DNA from: Coriobacteriia bacterium
Lineage (GTDB): Bacteria > Actinomycetota > Coriobacteriia > Anaerosomatales > SLCP01
DNA: 64,000 nt
Direction of reading: 5' to 3'
NCBI GenBank assembly: GCA_014859265.1
Contig: JACUUN010000001.1
Location: 9,383 to 73,382, forward strand
Shown here piece after piece: positions 17,404 through 26,621 of the stretch. Under the pieces are notes generated by a model. The model had not been told where the DNA came from. It saw only the letters and a list, made by a program, of their open reading frames with translations, and searched no databases. Every line of letters begins with the position of its first letter. The first letter of the stretch is position 1. The position numbers and the translations under genes were made by a program.

Positions 17404-18267
17404 ATGGGCGACGACCGACCAGTCGAACTGCCGTCGATCGGGCAAGTCGCGGACACGCACGCACACCTGGACATGCTCGACGACCCCGGCGCCGCGCTGG
17501 CGCGGGCGGCGCTCGCCGGAGTGGGCTACATCGCCGCCGTTGCCGACGTGACCGAGGATGCCGAGCGCACCTTCGAGCAGCTGGAGTCGTGGGAGTATGA
17601 GGCCTTCGAGCAGCTGGCTTCTCTTCCGGAGATCATGGTCCCGTCGCCCGTCGTGCGCATCATCGTTGGGTGCCACCCGCACAATGCGAGCGCCTTCGAC
17701 TTTGCGGCCGAGGAGCGCCTGCGCGAGCTCGCCCGGGATCCGCGCGTGTGCGCCATCGGTGAGGCGGGCCTGGACTTCCACTACGGCCACTCGCCCCGCG
17801 ACGATCAGCGCCGGGCCTTCCGTGCCTCGCTGGCCATCGCCAGCGACCTTGGCCTGCCGGTGGTCGTGCACCTGCGCGAAGCTCACGAGGAGGGTGCAGC
17901 CATCCTCGCCGAGGAGGGCGTTCCCGCGGCCGGCTGCGTCATCCATTGCTTCACCGAGGACGCTCCGCTCGCGCTGCGCTTCGTTGAGATGGGCTGCCAC
18001 GTGTCGTTCGCGGGGCCGACCACGTTCAAGAAGGGCGGATCGATTCGCGAGGCCGCGGCTGCGATTCCCCTCGATCGCATCCTGGTGGAGACAGACTGCC
18101 CGTTCCTCGCTCCCGAGCCGTACCGGGGGCGGCGCAACGAACCCGCGTGGGTGACGCTCACCGCCGCGGTCGTCGTAGCCTCCCGCTCCGAGGAACCGGC
18201 TGTAGTGGCCGGTGCGCTCTACGCTAACGCCCGCACCCTCTTTGATGAGAGGGTGGATCGCACGTGA
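17404..18267 (+). CDS. tatD: TatD-family metal-dependent hydrolase
   Basis: 'ADTHAHLD', 'GEAGLDFHY' and 'VVHLREAHEE' are TatD motifs. Confidence 0.9.
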   Translation: MGDDRPVELPSIGQVADTHAHLDMLDDPGAALARAALAGVGYIAAVADVTEDAERTFEQLESWEYEAFEQLASLPEIMVPSPVVRIIVGCHPHNASAFDFAAEERLRELARDPRVCAIGEAGLDFHYGHSPRDDQRRAFRASLAIASDLGLPVVVHLREAHEEGAAILAEEGVPAAGCVIHCFTEDAPLALRFVEMGCHVSFAGPTTFKKGGSIREAAAAIPLDRILVETDCPFLAPEPYRGRRNEPAWVTLTAAVVVASRSEEPAVVAGALYANARTLFDERVDRT

Positions 18268-18869
18268 ACGGCGGGCGCGCACCCCGGATCCTCTGCATCG
18301 CCGGCTCCCCGCGCCGCCGGGGAAACAGCGAGCGGCTTCTCGAGGCCTGTGTGGAGGGCGTCCGTGAGGCCGGCGGCGAGCCCGACGTCCTCGTTGCGTC
18401 CGAAGCCGGCATACAGCCGTGCCGAGGATGCAATACGTGCTCGCGCACGGGGGAGTGCGTGATCGCCGATGGGATGGCTGACGTCAGCCGCCGCATTGAC
18501 GCCGCTGACGCGATCATCGTCGCGAGTCCCGTCTACTTCGCGACAGTGCCCGCGGTCCTCAAGGTCCTCTACGACCGCCTGCAGCCGTACTGGGCGCGCG
18601 TGCACCGGCTCGGCTACCCGCGCCCCGTCAGACGGCCCGGGGCGCTGCTCGTGGTGCGTGGCGGCGGGGACCCGTTCGGCTTCCGCGCCGCCGTCGACAC
18701 GACGAAGAGCGTCTTCGCGGTTCTCGGCGTCGACTATGCTGCGGAGCTTCGCGTGGAGGGTCCCGACGCCGCCGGAGACATACTCGGGTACCCCACGGAA
18801 CTCGTCCGGGCGACCGAGATCGGGACCGTGATCGGGGAGGCCGCGCGCTCTCGCGGGAGCTCCGAGTAG
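18264..18869 (+). CDS. Iron-sulfur flavoprotein / NADPH-dependent FMN reductase family
   Basis: 'ILCIAGSPRRRGNS' flavodoxin-like FMN site plus the 'CRGCNTCSRTGEC' (CxxCxxCx5C) cluster motif. GTGA overlap with tatD. Confidence 0.75.
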   Translation: MNGGRAPRILCIAGSPRRRGNSERLLEACVEGVREAGGEPDVLVASEAGIQPCRGCNTCSRTGECVIADGMADVSRRIDAADAIIVASPVYFATVPAVLKVLYDRLQPYWARVHRLGYPRPVRRPGALLVVRGGGDPFGFRAAVDTTKSVFAVLGVDYAAELRVEGPDAAGDILGYPTELVRATEIGTVIGEAARSRGSSE

Positions 18870-18894
18870 GTCCGTTCCGTGGCCACCTCGGCGT

Positions 18895-18923
18895 TTGCCC
18901 GCACCCTGCCGCTTGGCTACAAT
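18895..18923 (+). promoter_or_regulatory. Candidate promoter (TTGCCC-17-TACAAT) of the yabE-like gene
   Basis: -35 at 18895-18900, 17-nt spacer, -10 TACAAT at 18918-18923, about 50 nt before the ATG at 18973. Confidence 0.45.
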
Positions 18924-18972
18924 CAAAGTTCGCTTCTTTTCTGACCGAGACCGAGTCCCACGGAAGGTTCGC

Positions 18973-19998
18973 ATGGGAGATGCGCCGGCTCGTCCGGCAC
19001 GATTCCTTCGTCACCACTACCTCATCGCAGCTCTTGTCCCAGTACTTGTCATAGTCTTTAGCGTCACCGGATTCGTGTGGGCACAGAAGGGCGTCACCCT
19101 CGTCGTCGACGGTGATTCCCGCTATGTGAAGACCCAGGCCGACACCGTCGGAACCCTGCTCGAGCAGGCCGACGTCGCTGTCGGCGCTGCCGATGTCGTC
19201 ACCCCCCCGCCTGACGTTCGTGTCGCGGACGGGATGACCGTCGTCATACGTCACGCCATCCCTGTGATGCTCCGCCTCTCCGGCGAGGCGATCCGGCTCA
19301 ATGTGGTCGGGAGCACCGTCGCCGATGCGTTGGTGGCCGCCGGTCTCGACCCCGGCCGCGGAATCTCGGTCATCCCGGCCCTTGACGCGCCCCTGACGCC
19401 GGACCTGGTCATCGAGGCGACCGACGTGTTCGTCCGCGTGGTGGAGGGGCAGGTCGCGATTCCCTTCGAGGTGATCACGGAGAACGATGCCACGCTCCCG
19501 CAGGGCTCCCGGGTCATCAAGCGGCACGGCGAGCCGGGCATCGCGCTCAACGTCTACCGGGTGCTCGTGACCGGCGGCGTCGAGGGCGTCCGGACACTCA
19601 CGGTCGAGCAGGTACTTGTCGAGCCGATTGACGAGGTCGTGCTCGTTGGCACGAAACGCTCGAGCGGGCCGGTCGTGGTGTCGCGCGAGCGCGCCGCGGA
19701 GTCCGAGCCCCCGCGCGGTGGCACGCGGCTCACGGTGACGTCGACCGGCTACTCCTCGCAGGATCCCGGAGTGAGCGGGCGCACGGCGACCGGAGCGGTA
19801 GCCGCACACGGCGTCATCGCCGTCGACCCCTCGGTCATCCCGCTCGGCACGCGTGTGTACATCCCCGGTTACGGCAATGCCGTGGCCGCAGACACCGGCG
19901 GGGCGATCACCGGGAACAAGATCGATCTGTGCTTCGACACGCGCGCGGAGGCCCTTGCCTGGGGCCGCCGCACCGTCACCATCACCATCCTGCCGTAA
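18973..19998 (+). CDS. DUF348-G5-3D domain cell-wall protein (YabE-like)
   Basis: N-terminal TM segment and DUF348 repeats ('VTLVVDGDSRYVKTQADTVGTLL'). C-terminal 3D domain 'GVIAVDPSVIPLGTRVYIPGYG..AADTGGAI.GNKIDL'. It sits between tatD and ksgA, as yabE does in B. subtilis. Confidence 0.85.
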   Translation: MGDAPARPARFLRHHYLIAALVPVLVIVFSVTGFVWAQKGVTLVVDGDSRYVKTQADTVGTLLEQADVAVGAADVVTPPPDVRVADGMTVVIRHAIPVMLRLSGEAIRLNVVGSTVADALVAAGLDPGRGISVIPALDAPLTPDLVIEATDVFVRVVEGQVAIPFEVITENDATLPQGSRVIKRHGEPGIALNVYRVLVTGGVEGVRTLTVEQVLVEPIDEVVLVGTKRSSGPVVVSRERAAESEPPRGGTRLTVTSTGYSSQDPGVSGRTATGAVAAHGVIAVDPSVIPLGTRVYIPGYGNAVAADTGGAITGNKIDLCFDTRAEALAWGRRTVTITILP

Positions 19999-20012
19999 GC
20001 GAGGAGGAGCCT

Positions 20013-20879
20013 GTGGCCCACTCGCGGCTTGCCACCCCGGGCGCTACGATCGCGGTCCTGCGTGCCCACGACATCCAGACCCGCAAGTCGCTCGGCCAGC
20101 ACTTCCTCGTCGACGACAACGTAGTCGGTAGAATCCTCGCGCTCGCGGACCTTCGCGGCGATGAGCCCGTGCTCGAGATCGGGCCGGGCATCGGCACGCT
20201 CACCGTCGCGCTCTGCGAGGCGGCCGGCACCGTCGTCGCGGTGGAGCGTGATGAGCGCCTGCTTGAGATCCTCGCTGATACCACGGCTGGGTGCGATCGG
20301 CTCAGTGTCGTACATGCGGACGCGGTGAGCGTCTCTCCGACAGAACTCGTGACACCACTTGGGCCTCCGGCGGCGCTTGTTGCGAACCTGCCGTATGCCG
20401 TCGCCGCCACGGTCGTGCTGCGCTTCTTCGAGGTGCTGCCGTCACTGCGGTTCGCGGTTGTGATGGTGCAATCGGAGGTCGCGGACCGCATGTCGGCGTC
20501 GCCCGGGTGCAAGGCGTACGGTGCCTACACCGTCAAACTCAACCTACACGCGTGTTCGGCCGGACGCTTCAACGTCTCGCCGGGTTGCTTCCTTCCTCCG
20601 CCTCGCGTTGAATCTGCGGTGTTGAGGCTCGAGCGCATAGGTGTTCCGGCCCCCTCGGAGTACGTGGAGGCGGCCGCGTGCATGGCCGACGCCGCGTTCG
20701 CACAGCGCCGCAAGACGCTGCGCAATTCGATCCGATTCACGCTCGGGGTGCCGTCCGATGTTATCGATGCTGTGCTCTCCTCGGCAGGGCTCGACGGGGG
20801 CAGACGGGCGGAAATGTTGACGATACCTGAGTTTTTGCGGCTCGGAGAGGCAGCTCTTCGATATGGCCTTCTACCTTGA
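20013..20879 (+). CDS. rsmA: 16S rRNA (adenine1518/1519-N6)-dimethyltransferase
   Basis: 'KSLGQHFLVD' and 'VLEIGPGIGTLT' SAM motif. GTG start with a GAGGAGGA RBS. Confidence 0.9.
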   Translation: MAHSRLATPGATIAVLRAHDIQTRKSLGQHFLVDDNVVGRILALADLRGDEPVLEIGPGIGTLTVALCEAAGTVVAVERDERLLEILADTTAGCDRLSVVHADAVSVSPTELVTPLGPPAALVANLPYAVAATVVLRFFEVLPSLRFAVVMVQSEVADRMSASPGCKAYGAYTVKLNLHACSAGRFNVSPGCFLPPPRVESAVLRLERIGVPAPSEYVEAAACMADAAFAQRRKTLRNSIRFTLGVPSDVIDAVLSSAGLDGGRRAEMLTIPEFLRLGEAALRYGLLP

Positions 20880-20904
20880 GTTTTTGGGCCTCCTGCGTTA
20901 TGCT
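20876..20904 (+). promoter_or_regulatory. Candidate veg promoter (TTGAGT-17-TATGCT)
   Basis: AT-rich patch overlapping the rsmA 3' end, about 30 nt upstream of the AGGAGG RBS of veg. Confidence 0.4.
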
Positions 20905-20934
20905 ATTGGGTTAGTAGAGAAGGAGGCATATTGT

Positions 20935-21216
20935 ATGGATGTAGCACGTCAGACCGAGATCGTCGGGCGCATACGCACCGACCTTGAGGGTCTCATGGGG
21001 ACCCGGATGCGCCTGAAGGCCAATATGGGGCGCTCTAAGATTCTGGAGCGCGAGGGGATCCTCGAACAGACACATCCGAGTCTTTTCGTGGTAAGGGTCG
21101 AGGAGAAGCGGGACCGTACGGCGCGCGTCTCCTACAGCTACGTCGACGTGCTGACGGGAACGGTCGAACTCAGCCACTGTGAGAGCGGGGAGAACCTGCT
21201 CCCGTGGCTCAACTAG
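20935..21216 (+). CDS. veg: Veg family protein (DUF1021)
   Basis: 'IRTDLEGLMGTRMRLKANMGRSKILEREGILEQTHPSLFVV' is a Veg signature. AGGAGG RBS present. Confidence 0.85.
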   Translation: MDVARQTEIVGRIRTDLEGLMGTRMRLKANMGRSKILEREGILEQTHPSLFVVRVEEKRDRTARVSYSYVDVLTGTVELSHCESGENLLPWLN

Positions 21217-21244
21217 TCACCCGACGCATCGCGTACGACCTGAT

Positions 21245-21271
21245 GGCGCGGAGCCTTTTGTGCTCCGCGCC
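21245..21271 (+). terminator. Intrinsic terminator after veg
   Basis: 10-bp GC stem GGCGCGGAGC / GCTCCGCGCC with loop CTTTTGT, followed by TTAGTGTT. Confidence 0.6.
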
Positions 21272-21288
21272 TTAGTGTTGGAGGGGTC

Positions 21289-22188
21289 GTGTCTCGGGAA
21301 TCTGAAGGCCGCACGGTTGTCCGTGCGGCCGCAAAGGTGAACCTCTATCTCGCCGTCGGCGGACGGCGCGTGAACGGCTACCATGACGTCGAGACGGTGT
21401 TGCAGGCCGTCTCGCTCGCCGACGAGGTGGTGCTCGAGACGGCTCCGGTCCTGTCGGTCACGACCGACCCCGATCTCGGCCTGCCTTCCGGGGAGAACCT
21501 TGCCTACCGGGCCGCGAAGGCTTTGGGGCAGGCGATGGGTCGCGAACCGGCGGTGGCGATCAGTATCTCGAAGCGCATTCCCGCACAGGCCGGGCTCGGC
21601 GGTGCGAGCACCGACGCCGCCGCGGTGCTGGTGGGCCTCGCTCACCGCTGGGGATTGGGGACCGTGTCGACCCCGCTGCTGCATGAAGTCGCAGCCGGTC
21701 TCGGCGCCGACGTTCCGTTCTTTCTCGGCAAGGGGACGGCCCTACTCACCGGGCGAGGTGACGTGCTCGCCCGCACGTTGCCCACGCCCCCGCTGAATCT
21801 TGCCATAGTCAGACCGCCGATTCCCGTTCAGACGGGCGCGGCCTACGCCGCGTTCGACCGGCTGCCAGAGCAGGAGGCTCCCGGTTCGGCCGCCATGGTG
21901 GCGGCGTGCGAGGCTGGTGACCCGGTCCGGGTCGCCTCAGCGCTCTACAACAACATGACCGGGGCGTCGACGGGACTGGTGCCGGAGGTCGCCGACGCGC
22001 TAGCATTCCTTCGAGGGGCGCCGGGCGTGCTCGGCGTCGCGATGGCGGGCAGCGGGTCGGCGGTCTTCGGGGTGTGCGCTTCGGCCGACGATGCGGGCAA
22101 GGTGGTCTCGGCGGCCGCTGGGCGCGGTCTGTGGAGCGTGGCCGCGACGGCCGTTTCTGTCGGCGTCACTGTGACGGAAGGTGCGTGA
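21289..22188 (+). CDS. ispE: 4-diphosphocytidyl-2-C-methyl-D-erythritol kinase
   Basis: 'AKVNLYL.VGGRR.NGYHDVETV' and GHMP motif 'PAQAGLGGASTDAAA'. Confidence 0.9.
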   Translation: MSRESEGRTVVRAAAKVNLYLAVGGRRVNGYHDVETVLQAVSLADEVVLETAPVLSVTTDPDLGLPSGENLAYRAAKALGQAMGREPAVAISISKRIPAQAGLGGASTDAAAVLVGLAHRWGLGTVSTPLLHEVAAGLGADVPFFLGKGTALLTGRGDVLARTLPTPPLNLAIVRPPIPVQTGAAYAAFDRLPEQEAPGSAAMVAACEAGDPVRVASALYNNMTGASTGLVPEVADALAFLRGAPGVLGVAMAGSGSAVFGVCASADDAGKVVSAAAGRGLWSVAATAVSVGVTVTEGA

Positions 22189-22971
22189 GTGATGGTCGAC
22201 GCTGTGGTGCTCGCAGGAGGTGACGGCGCGGTGCTCGACCCCGCGTGTCGCTTCAAGGGGCTGCTGCCGATCGCCGGCAAGCCGATGGTGGAGTGGGTTC
22301 TCGACGCGCTCAACGCCGCCGAGATGGTCCAGGAGGTAGCCGTCGTGGTGCCGACCGCCGAGAACCTCGGCGCGTGGGTCGACCGCGCGGGCAAGCTGGT
22401 GGTTTCGAACGGATCGTTCATCGACAACATCATCGCGGGTGCGGGGGCGTTTCGCGCCGATCGGCCGGTTCTTCTCGTCACCGGGGACATCCCCGCGCTC
22501 ACGCCCGAGGCCATCGACGGATTCGTTCGCGACAGTCTGGCGACCGGCGCCGATGCGACCTACCCGCTCATCCGGGAGGCCGACATGCTCGAGCAGTATC
22601 CCGGCAGCGAGCGCACGTTCGTGCGGCTTGTGGATGGCAAGGTCACCGGCGGCAACATGATGCTCATCGACCCGCTGCTTCTGGATCGCAACCGCGAGAT
22701 CGGGGGACGCATCTTTGCCACCCGCAAGAACCCGCTCGCAATGGCCCGCGTCATCGGCGTGCGCTTCGTGGTGCGCCTCGTGCTCGGTAGGCTCACCGTC
22801 GCCGAGGTGGAGGCCAAGCTCGGCGAACTCATCGGGGGCCGTGGCGCTGCGGTCTACACCAGCGAGGCCTCGATCGGCGCGGACGTGGACAAGCCGGTCG
22901 ACGTTATCGTCGCCGAACGTGTTTTGTACTCGCGTATCCAAGGCAGGAACGAGGCTTCGGGAAGGGAATAA
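22189..22971 (+). CDS. Nucleotidyltransferase family protein (MobA-like NTP-transferase fold)
   Basis: 'AVVLAGGDG' and 'LLPIAGKPMV' match the glycosyl/NTP-transferase N-terminal motif. The substrate is unknown. Confidence 0.7.
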   Translation: MMVDAVVLAGGDGAVLDPACRFKGLLPIAGKPMVEWVLDALNAAEMVQEVAVVVPTAENLGAWVDRAGKLVVSNGSFIDNIIAGAGAFRADRPVLLVTGDIPALTPEAIDGFVRDSLATGADATYPLIREADMLEQYPGSERTFVRLVDGKVTGGNMMLIDPLLLDRNREIGGRIFATRKNPLAMARVIGVRFVVRLVLGRLTVAEVEAKLGELIGGRGAAVYTSEASIGADVDKPVDVIVAERVLYSRIQGRNEASGRE

Positions 22972-23052
22972 CGATAATGAGAACGGACGGTCCGTGGGGG
23001 CGGACGGCCTGGCTGGGCACACAATCGGAGAACGTGCAATCTGGGGGGACCG

Positions 23053-23346
23053 ATGGAGATCACGAAGGTGGCACTGCGTCCCGTGTCCATGAACAAGGTG
23101 TGCGCGATTGCGAGCATCGTCATCGACAACGCATTCGTGATCCACGATTTGAGGGTGGTGAACGGAGACAAGGGAATCTTCGTCGCCATGCCTTCGCGCA
23201 AGCTTCCCAACGGGGAGTTCCGCGATATCTGCCACCCCATCAACGCCGAGGCGCGCGAGCGCCTGCAGGAGGCCGTTCTCGAGCAGTTCGAGGCTGACGG
23301 TGGTATCGAGGCATTCGCGACAGCCGGAGCGAGTGAGGACGGCTAG
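23053..23346 (+). CDS. spoVG: Septation/regulatory protein SpoVG
   Basis: 'MEITKVALRPV...CAIASIVIDNAFVIHDLRVVNGDKGIFVAMPSRK' is the canonical SpoVG sequence. Confidence 0.95.
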   Translation: MEITKVALRPVSMNKVCAIASIVIDNAFVIHDLRVVNGDKGIFVAMPSRKLPNGEFRDICHPINAEARERLQEAVLEQFEADGGIEAFATAGASEDG

Positions 23347-23369
23347 CGCTCCCGGTGGGGTTGGGCGAT

Positions 23370-23399
23370 TTGACCGGCGGCGCGGCCCTTACCTACACT
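23370..23399 (+). promoter_or_regulatory. Candidate promoter of tRNA-Gln (TTGACC-18-TACACT)
   Basis: -35 at 23370-23375 and -10 at 23394-23399, 11 nt before the tRNA 5' end. Confidence 0.5.
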
Positions 23400-23410
23400 T
23401 CGGTGTGCTC

Positions 23411-23485
23411 TGGGGCGTAGCCAAGCGGCAAGGCAGCGGACTTTGGATCCGCCATCCGTAGGTTCGAATCCTACCGCCCCAGCCA
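23411..23485 (+). tRNA. tRNA-Gln (anticodon TTG)
   Basis: 75 nt. Acceptor TGGGGCG/CGCCCCA, anticodon loop 'CTTTGGA' and T-arm 'GGTTCGAATCC'. CCA is encoded. Close to E. coli tRNA-Gln. Confidence 0.95.
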
Positions 23486-23543
23486 TCAGACACGCGACCT
23501 GGGTTACCGAGCCCGAGAACCCCGACGCTTAAAGGAGCGCACC

Positions 23544-24947
23544 ATGGGCGCGACCGCACTTGTTCTCGCAGCCGGCGAGGGTACCCGCATGAAGTCCGAC
23601 CTCCCGAAGGTCGCCCACTCTATCCTCGGCGTCCCGATGGTGAACTACGTGGTGGACGCGGCCCGCGAGGCGGGATGCGATCGCGTGGTAGCTGTGACGG
23701 GACACGGGGCCGAGGCGGTCGAGCGGCTGCTCAGCGGCGTCGAGTGCGTGCGCCAGGACCGCCAGCTGGGTACAGGTCACGCGGTCATGTGCGCCCGAGA
23801 GGTGCTTGACGACTCGGGCTCGCTGCTCGTGCTCTCGGGTGACTCCCCGCTCATTCGCGCCGAGACGATCGCCGCGCTCGTAGCGGCCCGCGAGGAGTCC
23901 GGTGCGGCGGTCGGGGTGCTCACGGCGCACCTCGGCGACCCGACCGGGTACGGGCGGATCGTCCGTGACAGTGACGGAGGCGTTTGTGCCATCGTCGAGC
24001 AGAACGATTGCACGCATGCACAGTGCGCCATCGACGAGGTGAATACCGGGACGTACTGCTTCGATGCGGCAGCGCTCTTCGCCCACGTCGATCGGCTCCA
24101 TACCGACAACGCGCAGGGCGAGTTCTACCTCACCGACATGGTGTCGCTCTTCGTTGCTGAGGGATTGGGCGTGATTGCGATCGCCGTCGACGACCCGCTC
24201 GAGACACTCGGCGTTAACTCGCGCGTGCAGCTCGCCGAGGCGACGAAGATTCTGCAGCACCGTATGAACGAGCGCCACATGCTCGCCGGCGTCACGATGA
24301 CCGACCCGAATCTCGTGTGGATCGGCCCCCGCGTGGAAATCGGGCGGGACACCGAGATCCTGCCGATGACGTTCCTGATGGGTGAGACGCACATCGGTGC
24401 CGGCGTCACGCTCGGCCCGGATACGCGGGTAATCGACTCGGTGGTTGCCGATAGCGCCAGCGTCGACTCGTCGATCGTCATCGGGTCCGAGGTCGGTCCC
24501 GGCGCTACGGTGGGGCCCGTCGCCTACCTGCGGCCCGGCGTGGTCCTCGGCCGCAAGGCAAAAGCCGGGACGTGTGTCGAGATAAAGAATTCCAAGGTGG
24601 GGGAAGGTTCAAAAGTGCCCCACCTCTCCTACATCGGCGATGCGACGATCGGTGCCGACGTGAACGTGGGCGCGGGGAGCATCACGTGCAACTACGATGG
24701 CTTCCGGAAGCACGAAACGGTGATAGAAGACGGCGCGTTCATCGGCTCTGATACCATGCTGGTTGCCCCTATACGGATCGGCGCCGGCGCGGTGACCGCC
24801 GCAGCGAGCGCCATATCGCGCGACGTGAAGCCGGGATCGCTCGCGATCGAGCGTTCCGACCAGCGCGAGATCGAAGGGTGGGCTGTGCGGCGCCGCGCAG
24901 GCGGCGGTGCCCCAAAGGACGGGCAGACTGAGCGGGAAGGCGAGTGA
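23544..24947 (+). CDS. glmU: Bifunctional UDP-N-acetylglucosamine pyrophosphorylase / GlcN-1-P acetyltransferase
   Basis: 'LVLAAGEGTRMKSDLPKV' plus C-terminal hexapeptide repeats. Confidence 0.95.
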   Translation: MGATALVLAAGEGTRMKSDLPKVAHSILGVPMVNYVVDAAREAGCDRVVAVTGHGAEAVERLLSGVECVRQDRQLGTGHAVMCAREVLDDSGSLLVLSGDSPLIRAETIAALVAAREESGAAVGVLTAHLGDPTGYGRIVRDSDGGVCAIVEQNDCTHAQCAIDEVNTGTYCFDAAALFAHVDRLHTDNAQGEFYLTDMVSLFVAEGLGVIAIAVDDPLETLGVNSRVQLAEATKILQHRMNERHMLAGVTMTDPNLVWIGPRVEIGRDTEILPMTFLMGETHIGAGVTLGPDTRVIDSVVADSASVDSSIVIGSEVGPGATVGPVAYLRPGVVLGRKAKAGTCVEIKNSKVGEGSKVPHLSYIGDATIGADVNVGAGSITCNYDGFRKHETVIEDGAFIGSDTMLVAPIRIGAGAVTAAASAISRDVKPGSLAIERSDQREIEGWAVRRRAGGGAPKDGQTEREGE

Positions 24948-25909
24948 TGAGCGAAACCGGCAGGCGCATGATGGTGTTCAGCGGCACGTCCAACCGCGAG
25001 CTCGCGGAGGACGTGGCGAAGCATCTCGGCATCGAGCTCGGCAACGTGAAGATCTCGAAGTTCGCGAACAGCGAGATCTACGTGCGCTATCTCGAGAGCG
25101 TTCGCGGCGCCGACGTGTTCCTGATCCAGTCGGCGTGTGCGCCGGTCAACGATTCGATCATGGAGATGCTCATCATGGTCGATGCTGCCAAGCGTGCCTC
25201 GGCGCGCAGCATCACCGCGGTTGTGAGCCACTACGGCTATGCTCGCCAGGACAAGAAGTCCGCTGCGCGCGAGCCCATCACCGCCAAACTGGTGGCCGAC
25301 CTCATGATCACAGCCGGCATCGACAAGGTCATCGCGATGGACCTGCATCAGGGCCAGATACAGGGCTTCTTCGACCAGCCCGTCAACCATCTGACGGCGC
25401 TGCCCATCCTCGCCGACTACTTCGAGAGCATGAATCTCGAGAACATCTGCATCGTGTCGCCGGACGTCGGCCGCGTGAAGGTCGCCAAGAAGTTCGCCGA
25501 CATGTGCGGGGCGAGCCTGGCGATCATGCACAAGGGCCGTCCGGACCACAACGTCGCCGAGATCACGCATGTCATCGGCGAGGTCGAGGGGCGCGCCTGC
25601 ATCGTGATCGACGACATGATCGACACTGCCGGCTCGGTGACCGAGGGCGCGAAGAGCCTCATGCAGAACGGCGCGAAGTCCGTCTACGTCACGGCGACAC
25701 ACGGCATCTTCTCGCCTCCGGCGTACGAGCGCATCGAGTCATCGGAGATCCTGGAGGTAGTGGTGACGAACACACTGCCTGTTCCCGTCGACAAGCGCGG
25801 CGGCAAGATACGAGTACTGAGCGTTGCGCCGCTGTTCGCGCGCGCTATCCAGAACGTGTACAACGACGAGTCAGTGTCTGAGCTGTTCGATCCGGACTTC
25901 CAGCTCTGA
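24947..25909 (+). CDS. prs: Ribose-phosphate pyrophosphokinase
   Basis: 'MVFSGTSNRELAEDVAKHLG', 'ITAVVSHYGYARQDKK' and 'IVIDDMIDTAGS'. ATG at 24947; an in-frame GTG at 24944 is also possible. Confidence 0.95.
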   Translation: MSETGRRMMVFSGTSNRELAEDVAKHLGIELGNVKISKFANSEIYVRYLESVRGADVFLIQSACAPVNDSIMEMLIMVDAAKRASARSITAVVSHYGYARQDKKSAAREPITAKLVADLMITAGIDKVIAMDLHQGQIQGFFDQPVNHLTALPILADYFESMNLENICIVSPDVGRVKVAKKFADMCGASLAIMHKGRPDHNVAEITHVIGEVEGRACIVIDDMIDTAGSVTEGAKSLMQNGAKSVYVTATHGIFSPPAYERIESSEILEVVVTNTLPVPVDKRGGKIRVLSVAPLFARAIQNVYNDESVSELFDPDFQL

Positions 25910-25961
25910 CGGCCGTGACCGGAACCACCGGACGACGGCATTCGAAAGGAGAACGGACCAC

Positions 25962-26615
25962 ATGACGGAATCCGCCGCCATCGCCGCACGCCTTCGCGAG
26001 ACCACGGGCAAGACGAACCGTCGGCTCGCCGGATCGGGTGAGATTCCCGCGGTCCTTTACGGACCCGGACGCGACACCATCTCCCTTGCGCTCGACCGTC
26101 ACGACTTCGAGCTCATGATGTCCCACCACGGGGCCGGCTCGACGCTCGTCTCGCTCGCAGTCGAAGGCGAGAAGAAGACGGTAAACGCCGTGATCCGAGA
26201 GGTTCAGCACAGCCCGGTCAAGGGCACGATCCTGCACGTCGACTTCCTTGCTATCCGCATGGACCAGAAGCTGCAAGCGACCGTGTCGTTCCACTTCGTG
26301 GGCGAGTCCCCCGGCGTGAAGGCTGGCGGCGTGCTCATGCACAGCATGCGTGAACTCATGGTCGAGGCGCTCCCCGCCGACCTGCCCGAGGCACTCGATG
26401 TCGACATCTCCGAGCTCGAGCTCGGTCACGCCATCACCGTCGCCGACCTGACCGCACCCGAGGGCGTCGAGATCACCGACGATCCCGAAGGCGTCGTCTG
26501 TTCGGTCACGGTCCCGACGGTGGAGCCAGTCGAGGAGGAGCTCGAGGCAGAGGTCACCGAGCCCGAGGTCATCGGCGAGGAGGCTCCTGCAGAGGAGGCT
26601 TCCGAGGAGGCCTAG
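25962..26615 (+). CDS. rplY: 50S ribosomal protein L25 / general stress protein Ctc
   Basis: 'RLAGSGEIPAVLYG' and 'IREVQHSPVKGTILHVDF', with an acidic C-terminal tail. Confidence 0.9.
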   Translation: MTESAAIAARLRETTGKTNRRLAGSGEIPAVLYGPGRDTISLALDRHDFELMMSHHGAGSTLVSLAVEGEKKTVNAVIREVQHSPVKGTILHVDFLAIRMDQKLQATVSFHFVGESPGVKAGGVLMHSMRELMVEALPADLPEALDVDISELELGHAITVADLTAPEGVEITDDPEGVVCSVTVPTVEPVEEELEAEVTEPEVIGEEAPAEEASEEA

Positions 26616-26621
26616 GGCCGC